NCBI GenBank assembly: GCA_010093605.1
Contig: MU004193.1
Location: forward strand, 529,321 to 570,173
Origin: Lophium mytilinum
Lineage: Eukaryota
Reading direction: 5' to 3'
Length of the DNA stretch: 40,853 nt
Below are positions 1 through 11,276 of this stretch, piece after piece (the stretch's first letter is position 1; the number at the start of each line of letters is the position of its first letter). Below the pieces are notes generated by a model that was not told where the DNA came from, made no database searches, and saw nothing but the letters and a program-made list of their open reading frames with translations. The position numbers and the translations under genes were made by a program.

Positions 1-30
1 GAGCTGCAGGCTAACCCATCCGATTGCCAG

Positions 31-2353
31 GTCAGGGGTGTCGCGTTCCCCCATCCGAATTTCGTCGTCTCTGCCTCGAGAGATGCAACCGTACGCTTAT
101 GGAAACTCCTCTCCCAAACCCCGCCAACCTACGACGACACGATCGTGTCGCACGGGACCGCCTTTGTCAACTCCCTCGCCTTCGTTCCACCATCCTCAGA
201 GTTCCCAGAAGGCCTCATTGTATCTGGCGGCCAAGACACAATTATAGACGTCAGGCAACCAGCAAAGGCGGGCGCCGACAATGCCGATGCGTTACTCCTA
301 GGACATGGCCACAACGTGTGCGCCCTGGATGTCAGTGAGGATGGGAAGTTGATCATCAGTGGCAGCTGGGACCATGACGCTCGTATATGGCAAGTGGGCA
401 AGTGGGAGGAATCCACAGTGCTACAAGGACACGGGGCCGCTGTTTGGGCTGTCTTAGCCTACGATAAGGAGACTATCATAACTGGTACGGAGTCGCCCAT
501 GAGCACCCCCCTATGTCATTGTACGACTTGCGTCGCACCGTTTTACTGACATGTGCATGCCAGGCTGCGCCGACAAGGCCATTCGTGTGTTTCACACTTC
601 CGGCAAGCTCATCCGACGTCTCAAGGTCGGAGATGTTGTCCGAGCCTTATGCAGACTTCCGCCAAAGCATCCATCCGGTGCCCACTTTGCGTCATCTGGA
701 AACGATGCTGTCATCCGACTGTGGACGATTGACGGCCGCGAAGTTGCTCAGCTACATGGACATGAGTCTTTTGTTTACTCTCTCGCATCTCTACCCGACG
801 GTAGCATCGTCAGCTCTGGCGAAGACAGGACTGCCCGCATTTGGAACAATCAGCAGTGTATACAGACAATCACGCACCCAGCTATCTCGGTATGGTGCGT
901 TGCCGTAAGCCCCGATAATGGAGACATAGTCACAGGGGCGAGTGATCGTATAGTGAGGGTATTCAGCAAGGCGAAGGAGCGACAGGCTGAAGAATCGAAG
1001 ATCGAGGAATTCAACGAATTAGTGAGGGGATCGGCGATTCCGAAAGAAACCCTGCCGAATATCAACAAGGACGCATTACCTGGCCCCGAGTTCCTAACTT
1101 CGAAGTCCGGAACAAAAGAAGGCCAGGTCCAAATGATCAAGGAGCTCAATGGGGATGTGTGTGCCTATACTTGGTCGACGGCAGCGAATCAATGGGTGAA
1201 TGTCGGAACTGTGGTGGAAGGCGCCGGCACTGATGGCAAAAAGATTTCCCACGAGGGCAAAGACTACGACTTTGTCTTCGACGTTGACATTGAGGAAGGC
1301 AAACCGCCGCTGAAACTGCCTTTCAATGTTACTCAGAATCCTTACGAGGTGGCGCGGAAATTTTGCGCGGACAATAAACTGCCCATCACCTACCTGGATC
1401 AAGTCACAAACTTCATAGTGACAAATACACAAGGTACAACCATTGGCCAGTCTCAGAATCAGGCCGGCGCAGATCCATGGGGCACAGAAAATCGCTACCG
1501 ACCGGGGGATGACACACCTGCGCAACCAGCGCCGCGGCCCAAACTCCTCCCACAGAAGGAGTACCTGGATATCTCCACAGCCAATCACAAGGCGATGTTC
1601 AAAAAACTCCAAGAATTCAACCAATCTCTCATCGACGATGGATCCAAAGACCTCTCCCTCAATCCAAACGACATTGAGGTTCTCGACTCCATAGTTACTA
1701 ACCTTGAAAAGGGCAAGTCTAGCAGCATAGACCCCGATTCCATCTCTCTCGTCCTGAAAACAGCTACGACATGGCCTGCCGACAAGGTTTTACCGGGCCT
1801 GGACGTCCTGCGCCTCATAACTGCCTCCTCGGGGACCTGCGTGGAGCAAATCTCCCCGCCCCTTCCTCACATCCTTGCCGACGCCAAGCTCTTCGAACCG
1901 TCTACACCACCGAACAACACCATGATGGCCATCAGAGCTTTCGTCAACCTTTTCAAGACGAAACCCGGGCGTGAACTCGCAAACGCAGAGTTCGAGACTA
2001 TTCACAAACTCTGCAAACCGTACACCACATCGACGAATCGCAACACCATTGTCGCACTAACAACTCTCTACATCAACTTCGCTGTCTTGCTAAGCGCACC
2101 AGAGACGGCGAACGCAGACCGCGCTCTTACGCTCTTGGACGACTTGAGCGACATCCTGAAGTCAGCGCGCGATTCAGAGGCCATGTACAGGGCAGTCGTG
2201 GCCGCCGGCACGCTGTTCGCGCTGGGGAAAGACTTCTGCGAGGCTGGCCGAGATGTCTTTGGGTACGAAGCTGCATTGAAGAAAGCGGAAGAGACAGTGC
2301 GGGAGCCTAGGATCAGGAATGTGGTTGCGGAGATTAGGAATATGCTTGAATAG
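31..2353 (+). CDS. DOA1: Doa1/Ufd3/PLAA ubiquitin-homeostasis protein (WD40 + PFU + PUL); 5' end lies outside the window
   Basis: Intron tail (GCTAAC...CAG) ends at 30. Exon 31-484 reads VRGVAFPHPNFVVSASRDATVRLWK... with WD40 repeats (SGSWDHDARIW). Intron 485-563 (GTACGG...ACTGAC...CAG) joins ITG|CADK. Exon 564-2353 has further WD40s, a PFU domain (YDFVFDVDIEEGKPPLKLPFNVTQNPYEVARKF) and a PUL domain (TWPADKVLPGLDVLRL, MMAIRAFVNLF). Confidence 0.95.
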
Positions 2354-3155
2354 GGCGGGCACAAAGACGAAGCGATCAAGATGAGTCAAAGGCATGGAAC
2401 AAGGTATTTGAATTAGCGATGAGCAACGGCAGGTTTCTAGACGCCTATCTCCAAAATACGGTTATTTGGGTACTGCTAGAGTGGCGGCATATTGGCATAG
2501 TATAGTATGGCAGCTTTCGCATACGAATACGAACACATCATTACCGATTTCTCAGTTCTTTCAGTCAGAGTCTTTCTTTCTCTAGTTTTAATTTTCTGGA
2601 CGTCATCACGTGAATTTCATGTTAACGACGATCATATGTGGGTGTTTTAGTTTCATTAACTACAAAGGTTTTCTATATGAATGCTATCTCGGCAATGACG
2701 AAATCGCTTTCATGTCTTGGTTTCTCATTTAGGGGGTTCGACCACTTGCACCAGAGTCGTATCTACAGGGTCCGGGTGGGATCGCAACGGGTGTCGCCGG
2801 TGTGGGTGTCCTGGCTGGCTTGATCATTTGAGCGGCTCTAGTGGGGTGTGTAGTGGAAGTTGGTCGAACTTGGTCATTTGAAAGAACTAACATTCCGTGG
2901 AGTTTTGGGAGGGGCAAAAAGTGCAGGGCTAATGGGGGCATAGGGGTTTGGGGACGTTATGGGAATCTCGTAATAGTCACTCGGAGTTGGACAGTTGGCA
3001 GGAGCGCTCATAGACAGGAAGAAGAGGTCGGAGTCGGGGCTGAAGTTGGTGGTGTCGTGGTTGGAGTCGGTGGTCTTGAATCGGGGACGGGGCCTACTTT
3101 TGCTCGGGGACCCCTAAGGTTAGGAACCCGCCCAGTCCCTCAATATGCTGATCTC

Positions 3156-4997
3156 TTACGGCGAATGCGCTCTCCGGCCGATAGTCTCAAGAAAGATCGC
3201 GTCATCGCGCTGGTTCGCTTGCTCCTCGTCGCGCGCTTCCTTGAGTATGTCTATAGTCTGCTCTTCCAGTTCTGACTGCTCGCGTTCGGCCGAGACCAGT
3301 TTGGCGGTGTCTTCGGGAGTGACTTTCTGTTTCCCGAGGAGAATCAGCTGTAATTCCAACAGCAACACCTTCACATCGGCTAGTGCGCGGTTTGCAGAGA
3401 TGCGTATGAGTTCTCTGCCCTCGTATGCATCTTCCGCGTCCCGAACTTCCTCTGGAATATTGAGGCGGTCGTCCCTGTCAGTGGTGATGTTTGTCTTGTC
3501 ATTCTCCGCGATCTTGATATACCGCTTCACGATATCCCTACGCGGATTGGCATCTTTGAGCTCTTCCAGTTTCTCTCGTGTCATCATTCGCAGTCCTAGA
3601 TATAGTGCGTCTAGAGCCTGCAGTTGCCGGACTTGCATGTCAGTCCTGAGGCCGCTCCTCCGGTGATAGAGCATCTTGATATGCTCCTGCAATACCGTCA
3701 CATCGTCTTTGTCTTCCTTCTGTAGCGCCTCTCCAGACGGCCGGTACGTCGACTTCGTCTGCGCGCTCATCCCTTTCTTATGAGTCCGCAGATCAGGATT
3801 CTCTTGCGGCGCAAACCCTAAGAAAAGGTCCGCCTCAAACTCTAGCCGCAAGCCCTGGCTCTCGTAAAACGCAAGGCGCTCCTTCATCTCCCACTCGCCA
3901 CGCTCCAGAGCCGTATTAATGATCTTCGTGTCGCCGAGCTCCGTGCCCAGCAAGCCGAAACCCGCTCCGTAGTTCCAAGAGTTGTCAACGCGATAGTTGA
4001 AGACCTCGCGCCACTCGTCCCCCGTCAGCGAGCCGATCGGGCGACGCGCGCCCTTCACCTCCACGACATCTGGGCCCCGCATCTTGAGGCGGTGCAGCTC
4101 GATCTCGATATCGTAGCGGTACGCGCGCTCGATGAACAGGCGCCGGACTCGAACGAGAATCTGCTGCTTCAGATCCTCTACGCGGCGCTTCTCTGTCGGG
4201 TCCTTGTCCCACGTCCGAGACTTAAGGACCTGGGCATCGAGCTCCTTCTTCTCGTATATCCAACGCACCTCGCGCTGCTCGGAGTCTCTCATCTCCTTCT
4301 CCATGGCCTTCTTGTCGTACCACTCGGGCAGGTAGAGTTGGCGGCGGATGACGATCTGGTGGATGCGGTAGCGCGTGTTCTTCTGGTGGCGCGTGAGGAG
4401 GAGGTTGCTGAACTCGAGGGCCGGGTCGGGGATGGGTGTTAGAGCCGCCTGGGATGCAGGTGTCAATGACGTTGATGTAGAAGTCGGCAACACGGATGAA
4501 CTAGGGGAGCCTGGTGTAGTTGGATTGGGGACGCAGAAGGCCGAGTCGAAGGTGGTCGGGGTACCGTAGGGGCCGGAGTGCTCTTCGAATTTGGTGCGCT
4601 TGTTGGTTTTGGGACGCTTGGGGGCTTTGGTGCGCTTGGGGGCTTTGGTACGCTTCGGAGCTTTGGTGCGCTTGTTGACTGCTTTGGCTATGAAGCTGGT
4701 TTTGTTTGGACCGTCGTCGCCATTGTCTTCGATATTGTCTTCAGGGACCTCTTCGCTATCCTCATCGGGTTCATCTCCGGCTTCTTCCTCTTCATCTTCA
4801 GCATCCCCTTCTGCGCGGCGTTTGACCCCGGCATGTACGAGATCTTCCCAGCTGCGCGGAGTTGCCGTCGAGACATTGGCAGATCTTGATTGTCTGCCTT
4901 TGGGGCCGCCACCAAGTTTAGGGTGGCGTAGCCGTAGTGGTTCGTTGCTAGTAGGTGGCCGGGGCTTGTTGACGATGCTTTCCTCGGGGCGATCCAT
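3156..4997 (-). CDS. Hypothetical protein (~610 aa): acidic/basic low-complexity N-half, helical/coiled-coil C-half
   Basis: Long open frame. First ATG is at 4997 (the ORF track starts at a TTG); TATAAA on the minus strand at ~5104-5110. A possible intron 3159-3114 (GTAAGA...CTAAC..TAG) would extend the C-terminus to a stop at 3008. Confidence 0.75.
   Translation of the reverse strand: MDRPEESIVNKPRPPTSNEPLRLRHPKLGGGPKGRQSRSANVSTATPRSWEDLVHAGVKRRAEGDAEDEEEEAGDEPDEDSEEVPEDNIEDNGDDGPNKTSFIAKAVNKRTKAPKRTKAPKRTKAPKRPKTNKRTKFEEHSGPYGTPTTFDSAFCVPNPTTPGSPSSSVLPTSTSTSLTPASQAALTPIPDPALEFSNLLLTRHQKNTRYRIHQIVIRRQLYLPEWYDKKAMEKEMRDSEQREVRWIYEKKELDAQVLKSRTWDKDPTEKRRVEDLKQQILVRVRRLFIERAYRYDIEIELHRLKMRGPDVVEVKGARRPIGSLTGDEWREVFNYRVDNSWNYGAGFGLLGTELGDTKIINTALERGEWEMKERLAFYESQGLRLEFEADLFLGFAPQENPDLRTHKKGMSAQTKSTYRPSGEALQKEDKDDVTVLQEHIKMLYHRRSGLRTDMQVRQLQALDALYLGLRMMTREKLEELKDANPRRDIVKRYIKIAENDKTNITTDRDDRLNIPEEVRDAEDAYEGRELIRISANRALADVKVLLLELQLILLGKQKVTPEDTAKLVSAEREQSELEEQTIDILKEARDEEQANQRDDAIFLETIGRRAHSP
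4590..4680 (-). repeat. 18-bp coding minisatellite encoding (KRTKAP)n
   Basis: Protein reads NKRTKAPKRTKAPKRTKAPKRPKTNKRTK; DNA units such as GCTTTGGTGCGCTTGGGG recur on the + strand. Confidence 0.85.
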
Positions 4998-5793
4998 TGT
5001 TTGGGTGGTTTGCGCAGTGTCCAATTGGAATTCTGAGGTGGCGGTGGAATTTGTGGATGTTGTAAAAGGTACGGGAGCTGTTGAGGGGGTCAAAGGAGTG
5101 TGAATTTATACCCAAGGTGGGTGACTTTCCACGATATTCGACGGCGCGCCTCGACGCTTATTAGAGGCCCCAAGCAGCTCAAAAGGCTAGCACCGGCTCT
5201 ACAACACTAGGGACCGCATATTCCGTGCTAGGTTTTCTGCATGTACAAGAGGTGTCTTGAGGGGCTGGATGAGTGCGCAACTGCCTTGCGCTTCTGGTAT
5301 GATATAGGGTCGAAAGCAGACACCATGGCCAATACGTAGATACCCGACGCCAGAGTCTTTTTCAAGAGGTCAAATGAGATTACCCGTCCGCAGGTCCGAC
5401 TGGCTTTTCCCATAGGTATGAGGCGGCTTCATGGCTGAAAACGTGCGCAATGGATGTAAACCACCAGTCCGATATAGGCCTGATAGATTCTGCATCTCAT
5501 CCAGATATGAAAAATGTGCATCGTTGATGAGGGGTCGAGGTTAAGACTGTAATCCAGGGTATTTTCCTAGCCCATAGCATTGCTTGAGGCGGCACGTGGA
5601 AGTAAATGGGCTGCCACGATGGAAGGAAAGCTTGGCTGAATCGCCTTTGGAGTCTTATACACTCGAGTTTTTATGCTACGGATTGTATGTTTCGAGTCCC
5701 AAGCCTAGATCAGGCACGAGAATGTTGCCAATTTACGTCCTGTCAGCTATTTCGGAGCCCACTCTACAGCATAGAAGTCTATCAAGACAAAAG

Positions 5794-6702
5794 CTAATCA
5801 CCCCCAGCTTGTTCGCTGTCCTCAACGGTAGCCTCGAGGCGCCCATTACTTAGCTTATCAAGCTCCGATCGCAGCCAACTTTTCTCCTTAACCTTTTCCA
5901 GGCTCTGAAGGAACATGTCGCACTGCATGTTCGCAGTGGTTTGCTCCATCAGCTGTCCTGCGCGTTTGATCTGGTATGCCATATTTGCCTCCGCAACTGC
6001 GTTCTTACGTGCCGTTTCAGCCTTCGCTACCTCCATGGAGCGTCTGATTGCGGCCATCTTGATAGCTTCTGCGCAGATAGCTTTCGCTTGGTTCGCTTCC
6101 TGTATCTCCTTCTTCTCGGCCATTTTCATCGCCCGATCTTCTTCCACGTTGGCCATTCCAACTACACGCTCGTTTTCCGCTTGTATCTGTCGCAACCTAT
6201 GCTGGGACATCTCGACACGATAGTCTCTGGAAGTCTCCATCTGGTTTCGAGCGGCTTGCTGCATTGCTGGCGTCTTCAAGACCTTCTCATACTTTCTCCG
6301 AGTGGCTGGCCCCTCTTCCCTGCCGGCCTTGAAGCCGATTTTGGTATCGTTGACTATCTCTTTGATTTGGGAAAGTGAATCGTAGTGAGGACGTTTTGCC
6401 GGTACCCGATCGCTTTTGGCATGCATATGCTGCGGCTGCTCACAGGCATGCTTGCCGAGATTGGACTCCAGTTGGACTTGCATGGAGTCTTCCCTGATTC
6501 TGTCCACGGGCCAGTTTCTCTGAGCAGAAGCTTCACCCTCATCACATTGAGTTCCGTTCCGGGAAGCTTTGTCCTCGTTTGGTAGGCTTTCCATCGTGAT
6601 CTGTAAGGGTGGAGGCTTCTGTGGTGATGCCAGTGGAGTAGGAGACTCTTTCTTGGGGATCACGAGAGATTGAGGGCTTTCGAAATCGTCGAAGTCCGCC
6701 AT
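5794..6702 (-). CDS. Hypothetical coiled-coil protein (302 aa)
   Basis: ATG-started 302-aa ORF with an Ala/Glu/Lys/Met-rich helical C-half. No recognised domain. Ends may be altered by splicing. Confidence 0.65.
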   Translation of the reverse strand: MADFDDFESPQSLVIPKKESPTPLASPQKPPPLQITMESLPNEDKASRNGTQCDEGEASAQRNWPVDRIREDSMQVQLESNLGKHACEQPQHMHAKSDRVPAKRPHYDSLSQIKEIVNDTKIGFKAGREEGPATRRKYEKVLKTPAMQQAARNQMETSRDYRVEMSQHRLRQIQAENERVVGMANVEEDRAMKMAEKKEIQEANQAKAICAEAIKMAAIRRSMEVAKAETARKNAVAEANMAYQIKRAGQLMEQTTANMQCDMFLQSLEKVKEKSWLRSELDKLSNGRLEATVEDSEQAGGD

Positions 6703-8998
6703 CGTGGACGCTTTTGCAGGCCCAGTATCTCCTCTGAGCGTATGTCTTGGCTTTGGGCGATTGCTCTCTGGGGCGAACGCGCCTCGGGATATTTTCGGAT
6801 ACGAGGCTCATCGACTGGAGGTTAGAAGGTGCGGGAGAGAATTGCCAACTTTATGTGTGCAGACGTGAAGTGGGGAGCACGTGACCTTACGGCATTACCG
6901 AAAATAAGCGAGATATGAAAGCAGACTTATTCACGTGCCAGTTGGAGTATTGGCGTACATAGAGTATGGAGACATAGGCCTGAGCAACTGAGACTCTACG
7001 ATAGAGCCGTTGGAGCTGCTAGGATCCTCAATATCATAGGTTACGAACGTGGGGTTGGGATTTACATTGATGGTCGTAGTCTACATATAGATCTACTTGA
7101 TGACCTGCGCCATTTGAGACGTTCAGATAGCTAGACCTTCCCATCTAAGTTCCAAACGCACGAAATCTACCCTCCCCTCAAGCTTCTCCCGCAGCTAAAC
7201 CTCATAGCCCATCTTTGGCCGAGCCCTGCATCTCGCCAATGCAACGAAAATCTAGACAGCACTATCCCTTCCCTCCGCATCTCTCCCAATCACAGTACAC
7301 CAGGATTGCCAGGATTCGTGCTACCGGGATTATCTGTATCAGGCTGGGCAGTCTCGGGTTTCTGACAGTACGTCGCCTCGTCCCTGTTATCTTCGCATCC
7401 ATAAAGCTTCATCAAGGCGTGATAATTGATATATTTCGAAATAACGTCGGTTCTTCCCGAGAGCGTTGTATACACGGCCTGGGAAGGGGCCGAATCACGA
7501 CCGCGACGAACGGCTGGTCCCATGATCTCTGCGCGTTTGATCTTTGACGGTCGGACTCGCAGATCATATCGGTTCTGGTTGCTTGTTGTCGGAAGAACAT
7601 GAGTCTGAGTGGAAGTGCCGTCGACACGGTGTTGAGTATCCGGGATAAACGAGTCTTCTCGCAACTGGCCGATCGCTACAGAGGGCGTCGGATCTTGCTT
7701 CCGGGCATCGCGTCAATCTGTATTTCTTCTGCTGAAGTAACGCAGTCTATGATTTACCATTTGGTGGCACTGCTCCAGGTGTTTGTGATTGGGGCTCTTG
7801 GAAATGGCCGCTACGTTTGTGCCTTGTCCCGTGCTTCTCGGGGGGTCATCGGCGGTGGTATGCTGGAGCTGCTTGCTATGGACTGCCAGTTTTGCTGCAG
7901 GCGGGACAGCTTTCCCTGGTAGATCTGCCATGTTGCCTACCGACACAACGCTGGGTGACGCAGTCAGAAACGGTATTGCAAGACTATGATCTACGCTTAC
8001 CTGGAGACTGCAGCTTTAGCAATACCATGAGGATGTTGAGCGGTGTTGTTCGTGGTCTCTGATTTAAGTGGAGGTGTTCGACTTTTTGGAGATCAGGGAA
8101 AAGTCACAAGCAAACGGAGGATCATGAGCTCGAAGGATTACATAGATCTCGAAGGTGAAAGGCTGGCGAGTCTAGATATTTGCATGACCCCATACTATTA
8201 CATGGTCCAAAGGAACCTTCTAGTCCCGCAGTGATTGAATTTCAAGTGTTGCTGATTTCTAAAAGCCCGTCGTTGAGACTGGCCAAAAAGTAGGCCACTC
8301 GACAAACCTGAAAGTAGACCAGCTTCACCAAGCACGCAGTTTGGCCGTTGCTTGCCTCGTACAGGTTGACCTGAGAGCAAACAGTTCACAGAGCCTGCTC
8401 AAGTATATAATCTTCGCAGAAGGAGCGCGCTTAACTCTGGCGGCTATCAATGGCCCGTATATACTGCTCCGTATAATTAGCTTAGGTAACTAGCACTAGC
8501 GCGTCTTCCTGTTTACTTCTGCAGCTGACCTCTTTTTCGACTTCTGACCCTACACCGCCACATCACCTTGTCAACCTCCACCCGACTCTTCATAAGAAAC
8601 TTCGGTACGTATTCACACCCCTGGAGAAGCACCAGAGCTTGAGTAGCCGTACCCTCCCCATTCCCTCCCCATTCCCTGTAACTTTGCGAAGGATTGCTGC
8701 CTTTGACGTGTTTCTGCTGCTGTGGGGCGTGTGCAGAGTGAAGCGTCCGCCTCGCTTTGCATCATGCTCTTTGGTTTGTACTTCTGCTAAACAGTGCGAC
8801 TTGAAGCAAGCATTGCTGGTCTTCAAAACTGAGGTACGTTTTCGTTCCATATCTGCTGCCACCGCAGGAGATCTCCTATCTTAGTTCAGTGTGCAAGGAA
8901 ACTTCATCACTACTGTAAGCAGAACACAGATGGAGTCACTTACACTGACCTACACAGTTTGAGGCAGACGCTTGCTGCTCTCCGACTTCAACGTCAAG

Positions 8999-10993
8999 AT
9001 GAAGAACCGAAACTTTTTCGTTAACATTGTCGACTCCGCCAATCGGGTCTTGCCCGAGTACAGCTGTGAAGCAGGCGTCTCCTTCGAGGGAGAAGGCTCC
9101 CAGGCGAACACGAATCGAGTCTGGAGCAAGTACGCGCGTATCGTCTCTACCGAGGATCAAGAGTTTGGTATCCGTATTGCCTTGCCCAAAGATATCTTCC
9201 GGCTCAACGCGAGCGGCGCTATGGTGACCATAGCTTTGGACAGCTCCGAGACAGGCGAGTACTGGACACTATCAGACACGCGTTTCGTGCCAAAAGAGGA
9301 ATGGGAACCGAAGGACAGTGGACACAACGGTGTCAAGCACATCACCATCGTGGATTCCATCGTGAAAACATGGTCTAGGTCAGACGCATTCGAGCGCAAG
9401 ACATTCGCGTTTGGTGCAGTAAGCAAAGGTAGTGCTACCACTCTCATCCTCTTAGTGGATAGACAAGCCTACTAACATACGGATAGCTGTTTCCAGAGAC
9501 TTCCACAGCCTTTCCAAGCGCACCCTGAACGCTCAAGAACAAGCACTGCAACTCGACGTTGTAGGAAAAATAAAGGTGGAGGTTCAGCTAGGTACTATGG
9601 GCCCAGGCGCGTCGACGAGGTACTTCGGAAGGTCCCGTCCCAAGGCAGCCCCTTGGAATGTCGTCGAGGGAGACCGGACTGTGACCTCGTTAAAGAGCTG
9701 GGAGGGCGGTTTGCAGCATTGTGTCCGGTAAGTTGAGCCACACGATCTACTCTGGAGCCTTCACTTAATAGCTTCACCCCCAATGGTTCGGGTTCTAGGA
9801 GTAGCTTTGGAAGCCCTAGGCTACTGAAGCCATATATGTAAATTGATCCTGAGGTCATCGAGGCTAACACTACTTTAGTCTCAATTCGCTCGGCGAATGC
9901 GACGCACCTGAGTTCGTCGAGGACCAATCTTTTCGGGCTCTGAATGGAGACAACGGCAGCATACACGTTTTCAAATACGTCTTCCGTCCTCAGGGTAGGT
10001 CAAGAGTAACAGCCTTCTGACAGCAAAATATCTGACCTTTGCTAGCGATTGCCAACCGTGAAGGCTGGAAGCTCAAGGAGGGCGACGAGCTCCCCGCAAT
10101 CTCCCTCGCGCATACTACAGCGACGAGCCAGGAACCTCAAAGCCAGGCAGGCCCCGTCAACGGACGTAAGAATGCCAATCTGCGAAAGGGCAACGCAAAG
10201 CCTCGCCAACCGCGCTTGACCCGCCAGAGCCAGACGAACCCCGCTCCACAAGACGATGGCGAGAACGAGCTCGAGGAGACTTCCGATACCGAAGCTGAGC
10301 CTCAGTACTTCCGGGAGAAGGGCACAAAGAAGCGGAAGACGCCTGCAGCGGGCATGCGTGCTTCGAAACGTATCCTCGGCAAGGCCGCTGCACAGACGAT
10401 CGCAGGCCATCGAGACACTTCAGCTAGCCGACCCATACTGCTAGACGATGATAGCTCGGGAGTGAATTCGAAGGCCTCTACTTTGACCCCGGTTGAACAG
10501 ACTCTGCCAGCGGGTTCTCCGCCAGCCGCCAATGACACAGCTTCTGGATCGGGCGAGCCGACTCCTCGCGCTACCAACGCGCTTGAGAAGTCAAAGACCC
10601 CCATGTTGCCAGGCGGACAAGGCGAAGAAGCGAGTGTTCACTTCCGAATTCGAGTGCCTTCCAGCTAACCATGTGTAGGACAATCGATATAGCAACGTTG
10701 ACATTGACGACGTCACCGAGATCATGTCTGGGCACTCTATCGTCGATCATACTGCCCTTGGGCCGCGAATCCGCGAGTGGAGCAAGAAGGTGCCTATCTC
10801 TGATGCCCGCACGCTCGCTGCGATCGAGGCTGAGAAGGCGAGGTGCGAAGAGCGGCGCGCATACCTGAGGTCCGTCCAAGCCGCTCGTTGGGCCAAGCAG
10901 GCTGGCCTCGAGGCAGAGTACTTCGAGATAAGGGCTCTGAGGAAAGATGCCGATATGAAGAGGATCCTAGCAGGCCGCAGCGAGGATGCCTGA
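8999..10993 (+). CDS. Fungal DUF7918-like protein with disordered C-terminal half (6 exons)
   Basis: Introns 9429-9486, 9728-9771, 9838-9878, 9995-10045 and 10630-10678 give one continuous frame: MKNRNFFVNIVDSANRVLPEY...IVSTEDQEFGIRI...KTFAFG...VGKIKVEVQLG...GLQHCVRF...VFKYVFRPQAIANREGW... The motif order (LPEY, F.I, F.F, G.I.VEV, H, F.Y.FR) resembles the DUF7918 family; this call is from memory. Confidence 0.7.
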
Positions 10994-11276
10994 ATCAGAA
11001 GTCCTTTTCGAGTTCGTTGTCTGGGCGGAAGGCATATCTGAAGGACTCCAGAGGTGTGTGGCAGGGTTGTAGGATAAACTAGATAGTATGCGGTTCCACC
11101 GTGCTGCAAGAACTTACTTCTTGCACGATGCACTGTAATTCGAGACATATCTTGCTTCAAAATTCCAATCTGACGCCACTGTCAGGTGTATGCTGCATGT
11201 GCATGAATAAACCAACCAAAATTTGACGAAATGAAGGGCATAAAGTCCCATACCACAAGTCTGGACATAAAGTCCT

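Noticed and set aside
7290..8030. Spliced minus-strand gene joining the 77-aa and 124-aa ORFs
   Set aside because: Splice signals exist, but I could not find phase-compatible junctions giving one frame, and there are no recognisable motifs. A small gene or lncRNA remains possible.
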